DNA from: Hydrolagus affinis
Taxonomy: Eukaryota
Reading direction: 5' to 3'
Assembly (NCBI GenBank): GCA_012026655.1
Contig: JAAILG010000035.1
Location: forward strand, 1 to 64,000
DNA: 64,000 nt
The notes below the pieces were generated by a model that was not told the origin of the DNA, ran no database searches, and worked only from the letters and a program-made list of their open reading frames with translations. Positions within the stretch are counted from its first letter, which is position 1. The number at the start of each line of letters is the position of its first letter. The translations under genes were made by a program, and so were the position numbers. This document shows positions 39,171 through 52,548 of the stretch, piece by piece.

Positions 39171-41044
39171 TATACATTTGATTGTGGTGCATTCCCTTTG
39201 TCATCTCCAAGGCTGACATTGAGTAAACTAAGGTCAGGATTGTCACTTGACAGATTATACATCAATGCAAACCTTTCACCCTATTAAAACAGCCTCACCA
39301 AATACCTTATGTAAGTTAGTATACAGGGGCAAGGACGGGATTGAGTGTCTTTGAACATGGAACAAATAGTTGCCAGAAATAAATTCTTTATTTTACTCTG
39401 ACAACCTACCTCACATAGACACTTTTAAGAAAACCTGAGAAATTTAAACTAGTAAATCTAACAGGGTACTGTTAACCATTATATCTTGGCTGTTTGCCTG
39501 TATTTACTGCAGTATGCTGAATTCAATTTATTGTTGCCTCCCACAGCACTGGTAGTTTTTCTTTTGAAGTTCTGGTTTGCCCACAAATACACAGTCGAAG
39601 CACTTTGAGACGTACTCCCGATGTGAAAGGCACTAAACCAAATGCAAGGATTATTATTATTTGTTACTTCTGTAAGATCGGAATTCCCCTTTCGCTTTAT
39701 GTTTCTTCCTGGCCTCCTTTCATTTCTAATGCTAACTTTGCATAAAATTAATAGTAATTTCTAGCCCACTCCGAATGGAAATTGTAATAAAATTTGCTAC
39801 AAATTCACCCACTTAACTCATTGTAGTTAGGAATTCATCAATGATAATAATAATGGAAGGTCAGAATTCTCTGTGGCAGTCTGCGAGATCGCGTTTCTCA
39901 GCCAGGTGGATGTATGTGAAACGCTCTGAGATGCCATCTAGTGGCTATACAAGTGTAATTTTGTTGTTGTTGTTGTAGAGAGCACTATATAAATCCAAAT
40001 TGTTGTTGTTGTGGCACAGTACTCCAGGGTACTGCTGATGATAGTACGACCAGCCTGGCTGGTAGCCGTGAATTGGAGGGGCAGAAATTCTTTCCACTCG
40101 GCTTCTCAGATTCTTCCCACTCACGTTGGGACGTTCTCTCGACGTGAAAGGCGCTCTATGAATGTAATTTTGTTGTTGTTGTGGTTGTTGGTAACCTTGC
40201 AAGCCAAAGCCCTAATGGGTAGGGTGGTTCTAGCTGAACAAGCAACTAGAAATTGCCTAACTTGCAATTGCCAACTGGACAGTGTCAATAGCAAGTTAAG
40301 TCAGGTTTTAGTTGGTTAAACTTCAGCAGTACCTCTATACACACTCTGAGGTCCCAAAGTCTTTGCTTTTGCCAGCAAAATACTCTTCTCTGGGGAGACA
40401 CTGCCCATTCCATTCCAAATGGATGGAATTTTCATGTGTATGTGGCATTTTTTTGTCGAACTTTCAGTCTGATTTGGGTACTCTTAAGCATGGTAATGGT
40501 TTTCTGCACATATCATGTACCCGGCTGACCAAAGAGAAATTTACATTTGATGCAGGTCAGTCAATCAGAGTTCCTTTAAATGATGTTTTGAAACTCATAC
40601 CCGACTTGTTGGACGACAGTTATTAGGGTCTCGCTTTCTTGATACCGAATTTAAGTTTTGAAGCACTCTGAGATGCCGTCCGGCATGGCGGGCGCTATAT
40701 AAATCGAAGTTGTTATTGTTGTTGTTGTTAAGTATGTTGTTTGCAGTAGGTAGATGTAATTCATATGTAGGGTTAAAATCCCATTTATAGAATTTCTGAC
40801 TTGTGCTTACCATGTTAAACACAGCCAGTAAAACAGGGTCCAAGTAATCCTGGTGATTAATTGCTTAATGAAAAGTTCCTGTTTGATATTGCAATTGGTT
40901 TACCGAACCCCAGATTTTGTACACTTGCATTTTAGGCCTTGTGATATCAAAAACATGTTCGACATTTCATAGTGAGAACTACGGGGTTGAAGTTCCGTTA
41001 AGGCCTAAACTTACTCTATTTATATAGCATTTCAGAGACTAGAA

Positions 41045-41204
41045 CAGCGTTTCTTAAATACGGCCACCGTCAAATGGGATCATTAAATCCCTCCTTCTCT
41101 GTCTCTCTATACAGCTAGCTTGACAAGAGGGGTGGTAATGCAGATTACGAAACGTACTGTGGCCACCAGCAAGTGGCCACCAATAATGTGTTTGAGAACC
41201 ACTG
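41045..41204. mobile_element. Small hAT (Charlie-like) MITE
   Basis: TIR CAGCGTTTCTTAAA / CAGTGGTTCTCAAA; TSD gactagaa / atctagaa, close to the nTCTAGAn target typical of Charlie elements. Confidence 0.72.
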
Positions 41205-44199
41205 ATCTAGAATTTGGAAAACTCTTACAAAGCCTGAATCTTGAAGCCAGTTTTGTGTACATTTTATAAGAACTACAGAACACCAGCTTCAAAGTAATGA
41301 GGTTGAATTCAACAATTTGAATTCAATTTGCACGGTAACGTGAAATTTATCCCCCTAGACCAGTATTTAAATGATAATGAGCATAGCTCTCACTGAAATC
41401 TATCATAACAGCAATAACCTGTTTATCAGCCACCTTCTCCTTTACTTTGAACATCTGCTTACTGCTTTGGCATTTTTCCAGTTCAGGAGAAATTTATTGC
41501 TTCATGTACCCCAGGTAAATAAGTTTTTCTTTGGCAAATGAAAAGATTATTTTTATTTGGAGTACTGGTAGTCTATCCCAACACCCAGAATATTAATAAA
41601 TGTGCCATCTGTTAGCATACACAACACATCTGCACAAAATATTTCATCCAGTAAAATTTTTAACCATGATCACAGCATAACTAATATAACACTAAAAGCC
41701 CCCAAATGGCTGTGTAAGGCATACATTTAAAAAAAAACTGATAGCATGCAAACTAGAAGCTAAAATAGTGAACGGTTCCTCTTACTTGCAATTAGCAATA
41801 CATGCTGCACAGAATGATATCTTGTATCGCAGAATTAGCAAGTCTCAATGCACTGGAGGAATGCGCGGTTTTGTTTTTTCCCCCTGTGTTTGTACGTTTC
41901 AGCACTGACACAGTATCCATAGGCATTAAGTGATCGTATTACAGTCGATTCAGCACAATCTGTAATGTTCCATTGGGAATTTTATTGAGCGACTAATTCC
42001 ATTAACGCTAGGGCTAAACTGAAATCTTAGCAAATATTCATTGCTTTAATTGCAGATATTGCATCTTAGAACCTTCCGCGTTAAAACATTTTTTTCTCAG
42101 TAAACAGACTGCAACCAAAGCAAACGTGTGGGGATAATTTTGCTGCCTGCTCAGGCATAATGCGATTTACTGGTAAATATTGAAAGTTTCTGTGGAGTTG
42201 AATAATCATTAGATAGCATCGGTTAAATAATTGATCAGGTTGTTCTTTTCCCTACCCTTGAAAATCATTACATCCTTTTGCATTTCTTTAAAAAGTAATA
42301 TAGTAATAATAATAATAATCCTTGCATTATCACATCTACGAAATGCCTCAAAGCGCTTCACAGAATATACTGTAAAATGAATTGACTGTATATTTTTCAG
42401 ATGAATGACGCAGTGCAAAATAAGTGTTCACCTTCAAGCGCTATATCAAATGCAAGCATTATTGTTAACATTATTATTATTATTTTCCACATTTACCACA
42501 CTTTGCGCTAAATCGCGAAATCGCAAAAATCGTGAAGCGCTTTGGGACGTCGATAAGATGTGAAAAGTGCTATATCAAATGCAAGGATTATTATTATTAC
42601 AAATCCTTCAGGTACTTTGAGACTCCCTACCAACACGAACATGTGCTATGTCAAGTGCAAGAAATTTTATTATAAATGGCTGTCTAAATTCAACAGAAGA
42701 AAGTTCATTGAAGTGTAAGACATTCTGCCAAATGTGCTTAACAGAAATCACAATTAAGAAATACTGTTTTGCTCAACTTACCCCTGGCACAGATATGCCA
42801 GGAATGTTGCATTTTGAAGGAACTTGCTGGCGATGCATGAGACAGGCTGAGGGTTAGCAGGCAATGCTAGCCTTCCACTAAAATGAGCCAAATTATATGG
42901 AACACAATTCTAGAGCATCGGGAAACATTTGAGAAAATTCAGCTTCATCTGAAGAGCCAAGCTTTAAATACAAATCTGTAAAGGGTGGACATATGCGATT
43001 ACCATATACACAGAGCCTAGGCTTCACTCCCCTCGTCTTACATGATGATTTGACCACAATGGTGAACTTCTCTTGTGGAGAATTTCTGGCACAAGCTTAC
43101 ATTCTCAAAGCCAGGGCAGAGTTAGATTTGACAATTAGACCAATACCTTACTCAGGTAATTTTTTTCGTGAAATACTTCCAAGTGTTTTGTTCAGGAGTT
43201 GGGCATTCTCTCTGCTGGAATTGAATCATGTCTGTACGTTCTCTTCGCCGATATAAATTGTGATCATAATTTTTAGTGCAACACGGGAGTGACCATGTTA
43301 CAACATAGTGTTTTGGGTCCTTGAAATTACACACCGTGTCACAGTAAGTTCACACAATAAGTGAACCAGGTGCTGCTTACCTGTTGTTGGGTTATCAACA
43401 ATGTCACCTCTGGTGAAGCCTGGCTAGGTTTCTGTACCCATGCATAGCTTGCGAGATAGGTTGTGGTTGATCGGCCAGCTCCCCTCTCCCTGTATGCATT
43501 TGGCTTGTCTGTAATGGAAGCCAGAGTGCATCACATACCTAGTGTAAGCAGGTTGACTGGAGATCCATGTCATGGGTGAGAGCTCCTCACAAGGCAGATG
43601 ATGGCGGGTCACCCTGTATTTCTAGTGAACTCCAGCATATGCATTCACACCCCATGATCTACACACTACTAAATTGCTGATCTCAGTAGGGTCACTGTGT
43701 CAAAGTACTGCATGGTTGCTCTTTGCTTTCTGGCACAGAGGAGAAACTGGAAAGAGATTTCCACCAAGGCTGTTCTTGTATCACTTAATGTTGCTTATCT
43801 CATTGATTAATGCCTGATGCTAATTTCCTGCCCATGCTCTCGGACAAGGGAGAGCAAACACAGGGAGAGATGGTTTGAAATGAAAGAGTATTACCATTGC
43901 CTACAAAATATTTTTGTCCAATGGTGAACCTGTTAAAGCCCATGATAAGTGGCCCACAGTTTGTTTCATTGCATCAATCCTTTAACATATTGCAGTCTAT
44001 AAAAGAAAGAAATGTGTCAGGCCTTCAAGAAAGTTCCATGGTAAATGCAGGAAGCGGTAACTTAATGATAGTAATATGCTCAAAGCTGTGCATTTATCTC
44101 ACTTTTCACATGCTCTCTATTGGAAACAGGTTCATCTCATGTCAGGAGAAACATTAGTACATTAAAGCCCTCAATAAATACCTGTCACCTACAGTAAAG

Positions 44200-44690
44200 A
44201 TCACTGTTGTACATCCGCAGTGGACTGTTCTGGGTCCTCTGCTCTTCACAGTGATCGTTAATGACTTGGAGGTGAGCATTTGTAATAGTACAACATTTGC
44301 TGAGGATGCTAAGCTACTTGGCCAAGTGAATAATATAAGGAAGATAAAATAACACAGGATATCTGAATCAATTAAGCAGATGGATCAAAGAGCAGTAGAT
44401 GGACTTTAATATAGATAAAAACAAACAAGATGTGTTTAATGAAGGGATGTCCGGAAGTAGAGAAAGAAAATGATTTGAGTGTGATCATTGATTATTCATT
44501 GAAGGTTTCCAGGCAATGTGAAGCTGCTGTCAACCAAAAATCAAATAGGGTGGAACTCAAGGACACTTGACTAAAAGTCAACATGTTATTCAAACCCATA
44601 TGGATCAGTGTTGAGGCCACATTGAAGTAGTATGTGCATTTTAGGCACCCTATCTTCAAAAGGATTGTATTGAGTTCAAAGATGAATCCC
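44200..44690 (+). mobile_element. Old CR1 reverse transcriptase fragment
   Basis: ccgcagtggactgttctgggtcctctgctcttc (PQ-VLGPLLF), aatgacttggag, tttgctgaggatgctaag (FADD-like); heavily decayed. Confidence 0.7.
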
Positions 44691-45987
44691 AGGATAATGA
44701 TGTTCTGACACGTTGTCAGTTGATCTGATTCACTGTTGTGTTTATTAACTATTTCAATATTACATGTTTGGAAACCTCTCATCTGCAATTGCTGATTTTG
44801 CGAAGCCAGCACTGAATGCTGCTTTACCGCTGTACTCCAGTTAGGACACATACTGGTTTGGTATTGTGTGATGTGCAAAATGTATTGTAACAAGTAGATC
44901 CAGGATAATTTACGGACAACTATTTGGAAATCCGCTCATATGCTTGTGTGTATTGTATTTGGATTTTTGTGAAGCCAGCGACTTAATGCTTTCCCAGAAA
45001 AGAGGCACTTGGTATTCCCTAGTCACTAATCACAAATCCCACCCCAGTGCAATCCAACAAATAGTGATTCTGCCAACCCGAGACCCAGAGCTTCAGTAGC
45101 AACTTCTTTAACTCCTTCACATCTCTAGTTCTTTATGAGACCAACTAAAGCCAAAAGGTTGAAGTCCAGCATGAAATTGCCATTTCTCAATTCCATTTAT
45201 CCTTTGATCATTTGCTCTTCTCCCACATTTGTGATGAGTTACTGAAAGCACAGTACATTGATCATAAAGCAGTAGGATTGCACTCATACAAAAGCGGAAA
45301 ACTGACACAAATCTGATGATTAAAGCCAGCACACACACAACAGGCCAAATTGCCTCCTTCTGTGCTGTCAATTTGTATGGTTTTCATTGGAGTGTACTAA
45401 TCACACTACAATTCTAAATTAAATAATCTATCAGGAGATAGCTGATTTCTTTCAGATATCACTAATCAGTGCAACCTTTCAGCATTTTTATGAGGAACAA
45501 TAAACACCCGTAGCTTTAGTAGGAACATATTTGGGACTTGTCATATGAAACATTCTTATAGATCAAAACTTAACAAACTGAGCAAAACTGATGTAACAGG
45601 AAGGGAAATATAATGTCTCCTGATGGTAACTGGATGAAGCTCACACAGGAACTCCAAGAAGTAGACCATGGTGGAGCAGGTTTCCTGTGAGGGATGAAGT
45701 TACTTTGAGGAGTTCCTGAGTAACTGATATTGGAGTTTAAAGCCAGGTGTCAAATGATGAGTCTCCTCCCGAGTCTGGCCAATATTACACAAACTAGCCC
45801 AAACCAACCCTCATCTGGTCATTGTTTCCACCATCTGTTTACAGGAATTTGGTTCAGCTGACTAATTTGCTGCTTGTAAGCAGGTTCAACTCTCTCGCCA
45901 AGAATACAGGAAAGCTACAATTTTCTGATTTTAGGTTAACCAAATGTATAATGCTTGATGTCTATCGCACTAACTTTGAAAAAAAAT

Positions 45988-46345
45988 GAATAATAATCCT
46001 TGCATTTGATATAGTGCCTTACCATGTCTTCAAGATGTTTCAAAGCGTTTCATAGAATATAATGTAAAGTGAATTTACTGTACATTTTGTGGGACAAATG
46101 TGGCAGCCAATTATGACAGCAGTTGCTACAAACAGTTGTGGATAGAGTAACCAAATTATTATTAATAAAAAAAATAAAGGAATTATTACCCCCGTAAAAC
46201 AATCTGCCAATTAACTAACAACTGGGTATCTACTTACTCCTGGGTAAACAGAGATGAGTAATTTTAAGAAAACTTGCCTAAAACTAACTCTAAACCTGTC
46301 CGGGAATTGAACCCAGCTCCTCTCACTTGCGATGCATGTGCTGTA
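45988..46345 (-). mobile_element. tRNA-derived SINE, long (CORE-like) subfamily
   Basis: Extra segment ctctgtttacccaggagtaagtagatacccagttgttag; family tail. Confidence 0.78.
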
Positions 46346-47132
46346 GATAAGACTCCTGGATGTAATGAAAGCATGGATCAAGGTTTCAGCAGCCTGATGG
46401 GAGAGATATTGCAGAGATGGGCAATGTTGAGGAGGTGAGGGATGGCAGAACAGGTAACGGCATGGATGTGGGGTTTAAAGGACAGTTAAGGGTTGAACAA
46501 GACTCCAAGGTTCTGTACTAGCTCAGTGAGATGGAGAGCACACACACAAATAGTGATGCTGTCAGCACCTGAGGTGAGGAGGTCGGCAACTTCAACAATG
46601 CATCATACCCCCAGGACTGCATTGGACTGTCAATCTAGACTATATCAATTCCAAGTCCTAACGTCGAACTCGAATCCATAACCTTTTGGTTCAGAAATGA
46701 GAGTGCTACCAGCTGAGCCAGGCTAACGTACACAGAGTAGAGTTCAGACAGGTGGTGGAGTCACTGGTTTTCCTCCCAGCTGGAGTCAGTCAGATACTTG
46801 TCTTCTACTTCCCCGTTCATATGATTTTTGCCCCTGGCTAGATGTTTTCTAATTTGGCTTCTTAAAGTTTCGCTGTTTTAAACAGAAATGGCAGGCTTTT
46901 GAATTATGGTGTCCATGTCTATTTCTTTCAAATCCCTGCTGCTGTGAAATACTGCTTTAGTCACTGGGCTGCTTTTTACAGGCCACTGTTTCAGTTTGGT
47001 TACCGCTAACCAGTTCCGATGGTTCATTATTCCATTCTTTGTCTGGCTGAGATTTTACTGTGACAAATACAATCAGATAAACTTTTTGGAACAAAAAATG
47101 CACAAAGGCACAAAGTGACCTATCAGTTTAGC

Positions 47133-47275
47133 TGTCCAATGTTATTCCTGGGTCTCGTGTGCAGTATTATTTCTGGGTCTCATGCCCAAAATTATTACTG
47201 GCTTTCATGCCCAGTGTTAATCTTGATTTTTGTGCCCACTGTTATTCCTGGCTCTCATGTCCAGTGTTATTCCAG
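47133..47275. repeat. 25-bp minisatellite, about 6 degenerate copies
   Basis: Units begin at 47133, 47158, 47183, 47208, 47233 and 47258; consensus about TGCCCAGTGTTATTCCTGGCTCTCA. Confidence 0.8.
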
Positions 47276-50200
47276 ACTCTGGAGACTGGTGCAGTTCCAG
47301 ATTTTGCAATGCTAAAGATTGTCCTGCACTGGGACATAGGTTGATTGATACATAACCTTGTCACCAAAGTGTGCCATAGTTTTGATTTAGCGTTGATGGC
47401 ATATTGGAAAATATTTGTCTTGATATAGTTAGAAGCCTGAAAATTATAATCTAGAAGGAGGTCAATGAACTCATCCATATTATTCTGGTACTGGCACTAT
47501 CTATACTTAATCCCAATTTAGTACTTATTTCCCTTACCATTGGAATATTTTATTAAACTGCTTTTTAAATATATATTGATCCTAGCTTTAACATTCACTT
47601 GGGACAAACCCATTCCATAGGCTCTAATAATCACTTGTATCAATCATGTTCATCAGCCTCTTCCAGCGATAATTCTAAATTGATGCTCCTTTGTTACCAT
47701 TACAAATTCTATGAGCATCTGACTGAGTGAAAAATCCCAAACCAAGTCATTTTCATTTTACGCAATGGAGTTTTTTTTTTTCCATTTATCATCACTTTCT
47801 GCTTTATATTGAGAAACCAGTTTTCATTCCAGTTCACTCGTCTGCCATTTAAAATGATTTAAGACTGAGGTTGGCCACAAGAGGCCTCAGTCGTTCAACC
47901 AGTATTTCAAGACTGAATAAGAATAGGATTTAAAACCAATAGTGGACAAGTCTTTGAAACTGTCACCCCAGTGTGAATTGCCAATTAACTTTGAAAACTT
48001 AGGAAAAAAAATGTCAGGGTGTACAACCAGCAGCACAGGATGTGGCATTAACCCTGTGTAAAGCATTAGCTAGACTCCCAGCTGGAACATTCATTGCACC
48101 ATATTTTGGCTCTGGTCTACTAAAAGGCAATTGATATATTAACAGGGGTATATAGAAAAAGGAACATTTCAGTGGACTAATTTTTTTAAGAATTGAAAAA
48201 GTTTAGCTAATCTTCATTGATTAATGCAATGTTGAAAATTACAGTTTGTTAGGATACTCTTAAGAGTGGTGATGGGTTTCCACATGTGTCAGATATCTAG
48301 TTTACCCTCCACCCCAAAACGAGTACTGTATATATAAATGACAACGGAGGAACAACCATTGAGTGAACCAGGAGTGAATCAAAGATATGGATTAGAAAGG
48401 ATAAATTGAATGAGTGGAGCATGCTTTTCCCTTCCTTATTGTTTCCAGAGTATGATCATGTTTTCAGTTACATAATATTCAACACCGTTTTCTCTGCACA
48501 TGTATTTTCTTGTATACACTGATGTGAAAGCTTATCTTCAGACTATTTAGAAAATTTAGACTATTTACAAAGTGAATTTGCTTTGATGTTTTGCTGAACA
48601 ATAGAGGAGATATCTGTTAAACATTTCTTAAACAAAACATATCGCAAACAGTTGAAAGGCTGCTGCCGAAACCAGTAAGCTGCCACTTTGAAATTTGTGA
48701 ATAGTAACTGGTACTAACTATGGTAATTCTGCCATATGTCCCTCATTTGAAGAATAAGCACATTTGCATTAAAATGCATAAATTGCTGTAAATCCAGAAC
48801 ATCAAACACAAACATCTGTGATTGCCATATTGAATAGGTGACTTCTTCTCAATCATCTTGCAGTGTAATCCAAAATTATATGTCTCTTGACATTTTCCTC
48901 TACGTTCTGACAAAACTGCAGACCTGTCATACTGTACTCGTACTCTGATGTCAGTCTAATTCTCAGTTGTCAAGAGTAATGGGAGCAGCCACTCTTTATT
49001 TTCTCTCCTCATATATGTTTTTGGTTTGGGCCAAGTTATTTGTGAACAGCACTTGTATAACCTTGCAACAGAAAGGAAATTGATTCTCTGAACCCTTGGC
49101 TATCCGTCAAGACATATCTTTTGCAATAAAATTGATGATAAGCCTCAAGGGCCATGACCTTTTATGATCTCACTTCTGAGCATTGGTAAGAGTGATACTA
49201 AATTGGAGCTGGTGAATTGATAGCGTTTAAATGTTGCTTGAATGGCTAGATGTGCGCTGGGTGTAAGCCTGTGTTTGCATCCTGGTGTACAAGCGCCCCA
49301 GAAAGAAATAGATGTTTAGGGTTTTAATAAATTGAGGGAATTGAGGTTAGCTAGGTCAATGGAAAAGCAGGCACCAGCACAGGCTCCTGCAGTGGACAGT
49401 CTCTTCCTGTGCTATAATGTCTATAATTCTAAAGGAGTGCATTGACACGCAAGTGTAGCAAGATTCATCTGTAGAAATGAAGCTACTTTCACTAGATTGA
49501 TTTATACGCAGTGAGCATATTTGTATCCATCGACTCTCCTAAAAGCATAGTGCCGCAGTAATTCTTTAGAAATGTAAATATTTGGTTTGTAAATGAAAAC
49601 AAGCCACTGGAACATTTAACCTTTACTTAGAATAACTCCCTCGTCAAATGGGAAAATTGGTATCAGGGCATTGTCAGTTTAAGAGCTTTGTACCACATGG
49701 TCCTATCTTTTCCCATAGTATATCAGTATTTTATTATTATTTGCTACAACTTGCATTTATATGGCACCCTTCACACAGGGTGGCGTCTCCGAGCACTTGA
49801 CAGTGGCGGAGAACAATGCTCCTCCGTTAGTGAGTATTTCAATCCTCGGCTCTTTCCCCAGCACAGCAATGAAATGTCGGCCTTAACTATGACATGGGGT
49901 TTGAACTCGCAACCTGCTGACTCCAAGATGAGAGTGTTACCAATATAGCCAGGTTGAAAGTTAATCAATCTGGCGGTATAACATTCTTTCCTGTATTCCT
50001 CTCATTTGGCATTTAGACAGTTTTCCACACCTAAGATACTTTTTCCATGTCAGACTGTTTGAATGGTGCAATGAGCTTCTTTCATCAGCTCAGGCTCATT
50101 GCCTGAGAATTCCCATCTTGTTTTGTTTTGTTTGACCCCCTAACAGTCCTTCACCCTTACATCCAGAGTCTTCATCACTTAGTTTTGCTGCATCTCGCAA

Positions 50201-52236
50201 CATTGTTTGCCTATATAGGGAAGTGCTAGGACATGAAACGGTTCATAGGTAAGGGTGAAGACCTTCAACTTGATTGTTAGGAGGCAATTGAGCCTGACAA
50301 GGACTGGGGTGATGGGTTTTCAGAACGTGAGAATGGAGGCGGTGGAATTTTGCATTATTTAGAGTTGTGGATGGTGGAGCTAGGGGATGTACTGAGGAGT
50401 GAACTTGAAAAGTCCAGCATGAATAAGAGTGAATAAGAGTTTCAGCAGCATTTGATTTGAGATAATGATGGAAACCCGGATGGAAGATTTTAAGAAATTA
50501 ATTGTGAATGCAGGAGAGGAAGTGGATGTGCTGATAAGATGTTCACATTGTATCTCTGAAATACAGAGACATTCTGACTGCACAGGAGGCAGCAAGAACA
50601 ATTTGTACCTTTCATGCCGGACAACATCTCAGAGAGTTGCCCAGTGAAGTGGATACTGAGCAAGGGAAGTGGGGGAAAGAGAGGTGACCGTAGGCACCAT
50701 TGAAGAGGTAGGTCTTCTGGTGGGATTTCAAGATAGATAAAGAGGGGCAAGGGGGAAAAATTGAGTCAGGGTGTTAGGTTTCAGGGTGTTCTTGCTAAGG
50801 ACACAGCAGCTGATAATAGTATGGAGGGATAGGGCAACACTCGGCAGTTGATGAGTAATTGGTGCTCGGCAGTTACTGAAAATCACTCGACTGGTAACAG
50901 AGGGGTGTCAGATTTGTATAGAGATTGAGGAAAGCCCATCAAGGAAACAAAAACATGTAGAATGCCAATGCTACAGTGAAGAGGCTCTGAATGAAAAATA
51001 TGACCAAGGAGAGAAAGTTGCGTCAACTGTAAGAAGAGAGAGCACCACAGTGAGGTCTTGTGACATCTGTGGCCAGCCTAGTTATTTGAGCTTTTTGGGT
51101 CAGTTGAGTGTCTGACAGATGTGCAAACAACACCACTGTATTTACGAGTATCCAAACCAAAGTGATAGATCCATGAATGCCTCCTACACATGGAAATTCT
51201 GGTACTTAGAATGGAATGTGCACTCTCTCCCCAGAGGGACACATCCTGTTTACCTAATTGCAGAGATTATTTGGGTGTTTGGCAAGAGCCAAACCTTGGA
51301 CCTAGTTAGTGACCACTGATTAAAACTACCGTAAGTGTTCTGGTTCAAACCACTTCTTCTTGCTCTGAAGATATCTGCTTCTCTCACACCTGTAAAGCTG
51401 TATATTGGTTAGTGCAAGTTATTTACTGTGCTTCACCTTCGAAATGAATGCTGACAGCTGGACGAAAAGTAAGCAATAGATTCAAACATTTAGAAAGATA
51501 AGTTGCATAGCTAGAATGCTACGAAAACAAAATAAAGATGAAAAATGAACAGAGTGGGAGGAGAAGATAGGACAAGCACGTGACAATCGAACAAGCATTG
51601 ATTTTTGCTAAAGTTAAAATTTTGTTTTTGTATTTTCTTTGCGGGTTTAATATTTCAAAGTTACTGTAATTGTGTGGTTTTCAGGGTCACAATGTTGTGT
51701 TGGCCGGGAAAGATGAAGTCATTCATAGTCCTGCTGATACTATGAGGGTTACAGAAATACTGTAGATACGAGGTTCACTCCTACAAGGCGCAGTTTACAA
51801 ACGACCTCACTCACTATTTGAAGGAAGCGTAAATTCAAATAAAAAAAAACACAGAGGTTATGAACTAAAGACTTCCACACACATTGAATCTACACAGATT
51901 CAAATCACATCCTATATTGCATTCTGATGTATTTGGGGTTTTCGGTCATGCTAGAAACCACAGGAAAGGAAACTGTGATAAAATATAAACATCACCTGTA
52001 GATTTGCATAAACCTTCAAATGGTGCGGTGAGCATGAAAGGTAACGTATGATGTGGAGAGATTTTAAAAGAATGAAAAATTGCTTTGTAATACGCTTTGA
52101 AGTGGAACACTAAGTCAAATGGTAGCATTCACATCTCTGTAAGAAGATTGCAAAGTCAACTTTGAATTCATATAATCTAGGTTGACAGTCCAGTGCTGCA
52201 GGTGGGATGGTTTCTTGGAGATAATAATAGTAGTGT

Positions 52237-52548
52237 AATAATAATCCTTTCATTTGATATAGCGCTTTTCACGTCTTTTAGACGTCTCGAAACGCTTCAC
52301 AGAATATACTTTAGGTGAATTGACTGTGTAGTTGTCAAAAGGGCAAAACATGGCAGCCAATTGCGCACAGCAGTGTCCCACAAACATTCGTGGATTGAAA
52401 ATTAGCAATTTATTATAGTTTTTTTTTGAGGGATTATTATTAGGCATGTGGAGTGAGGAAACTTGCCCAACGTTTCGCCCTGACTGGATTTGAAACACAG
52501 GTCTCACACTTGTAAGGCGAGTACTCTAACCACTGAGCTACAGGATTC
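52237..52548 (-). mobile_element. Full-length tRNA-derived SINE (short subfamily)
   Basis: Head tcctgtagctcagtggttagagtactcgccttacaagtg, body and tail; directly abuts a + strand DeuSINE fragment (52550-52800). Confidence 0.88.
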
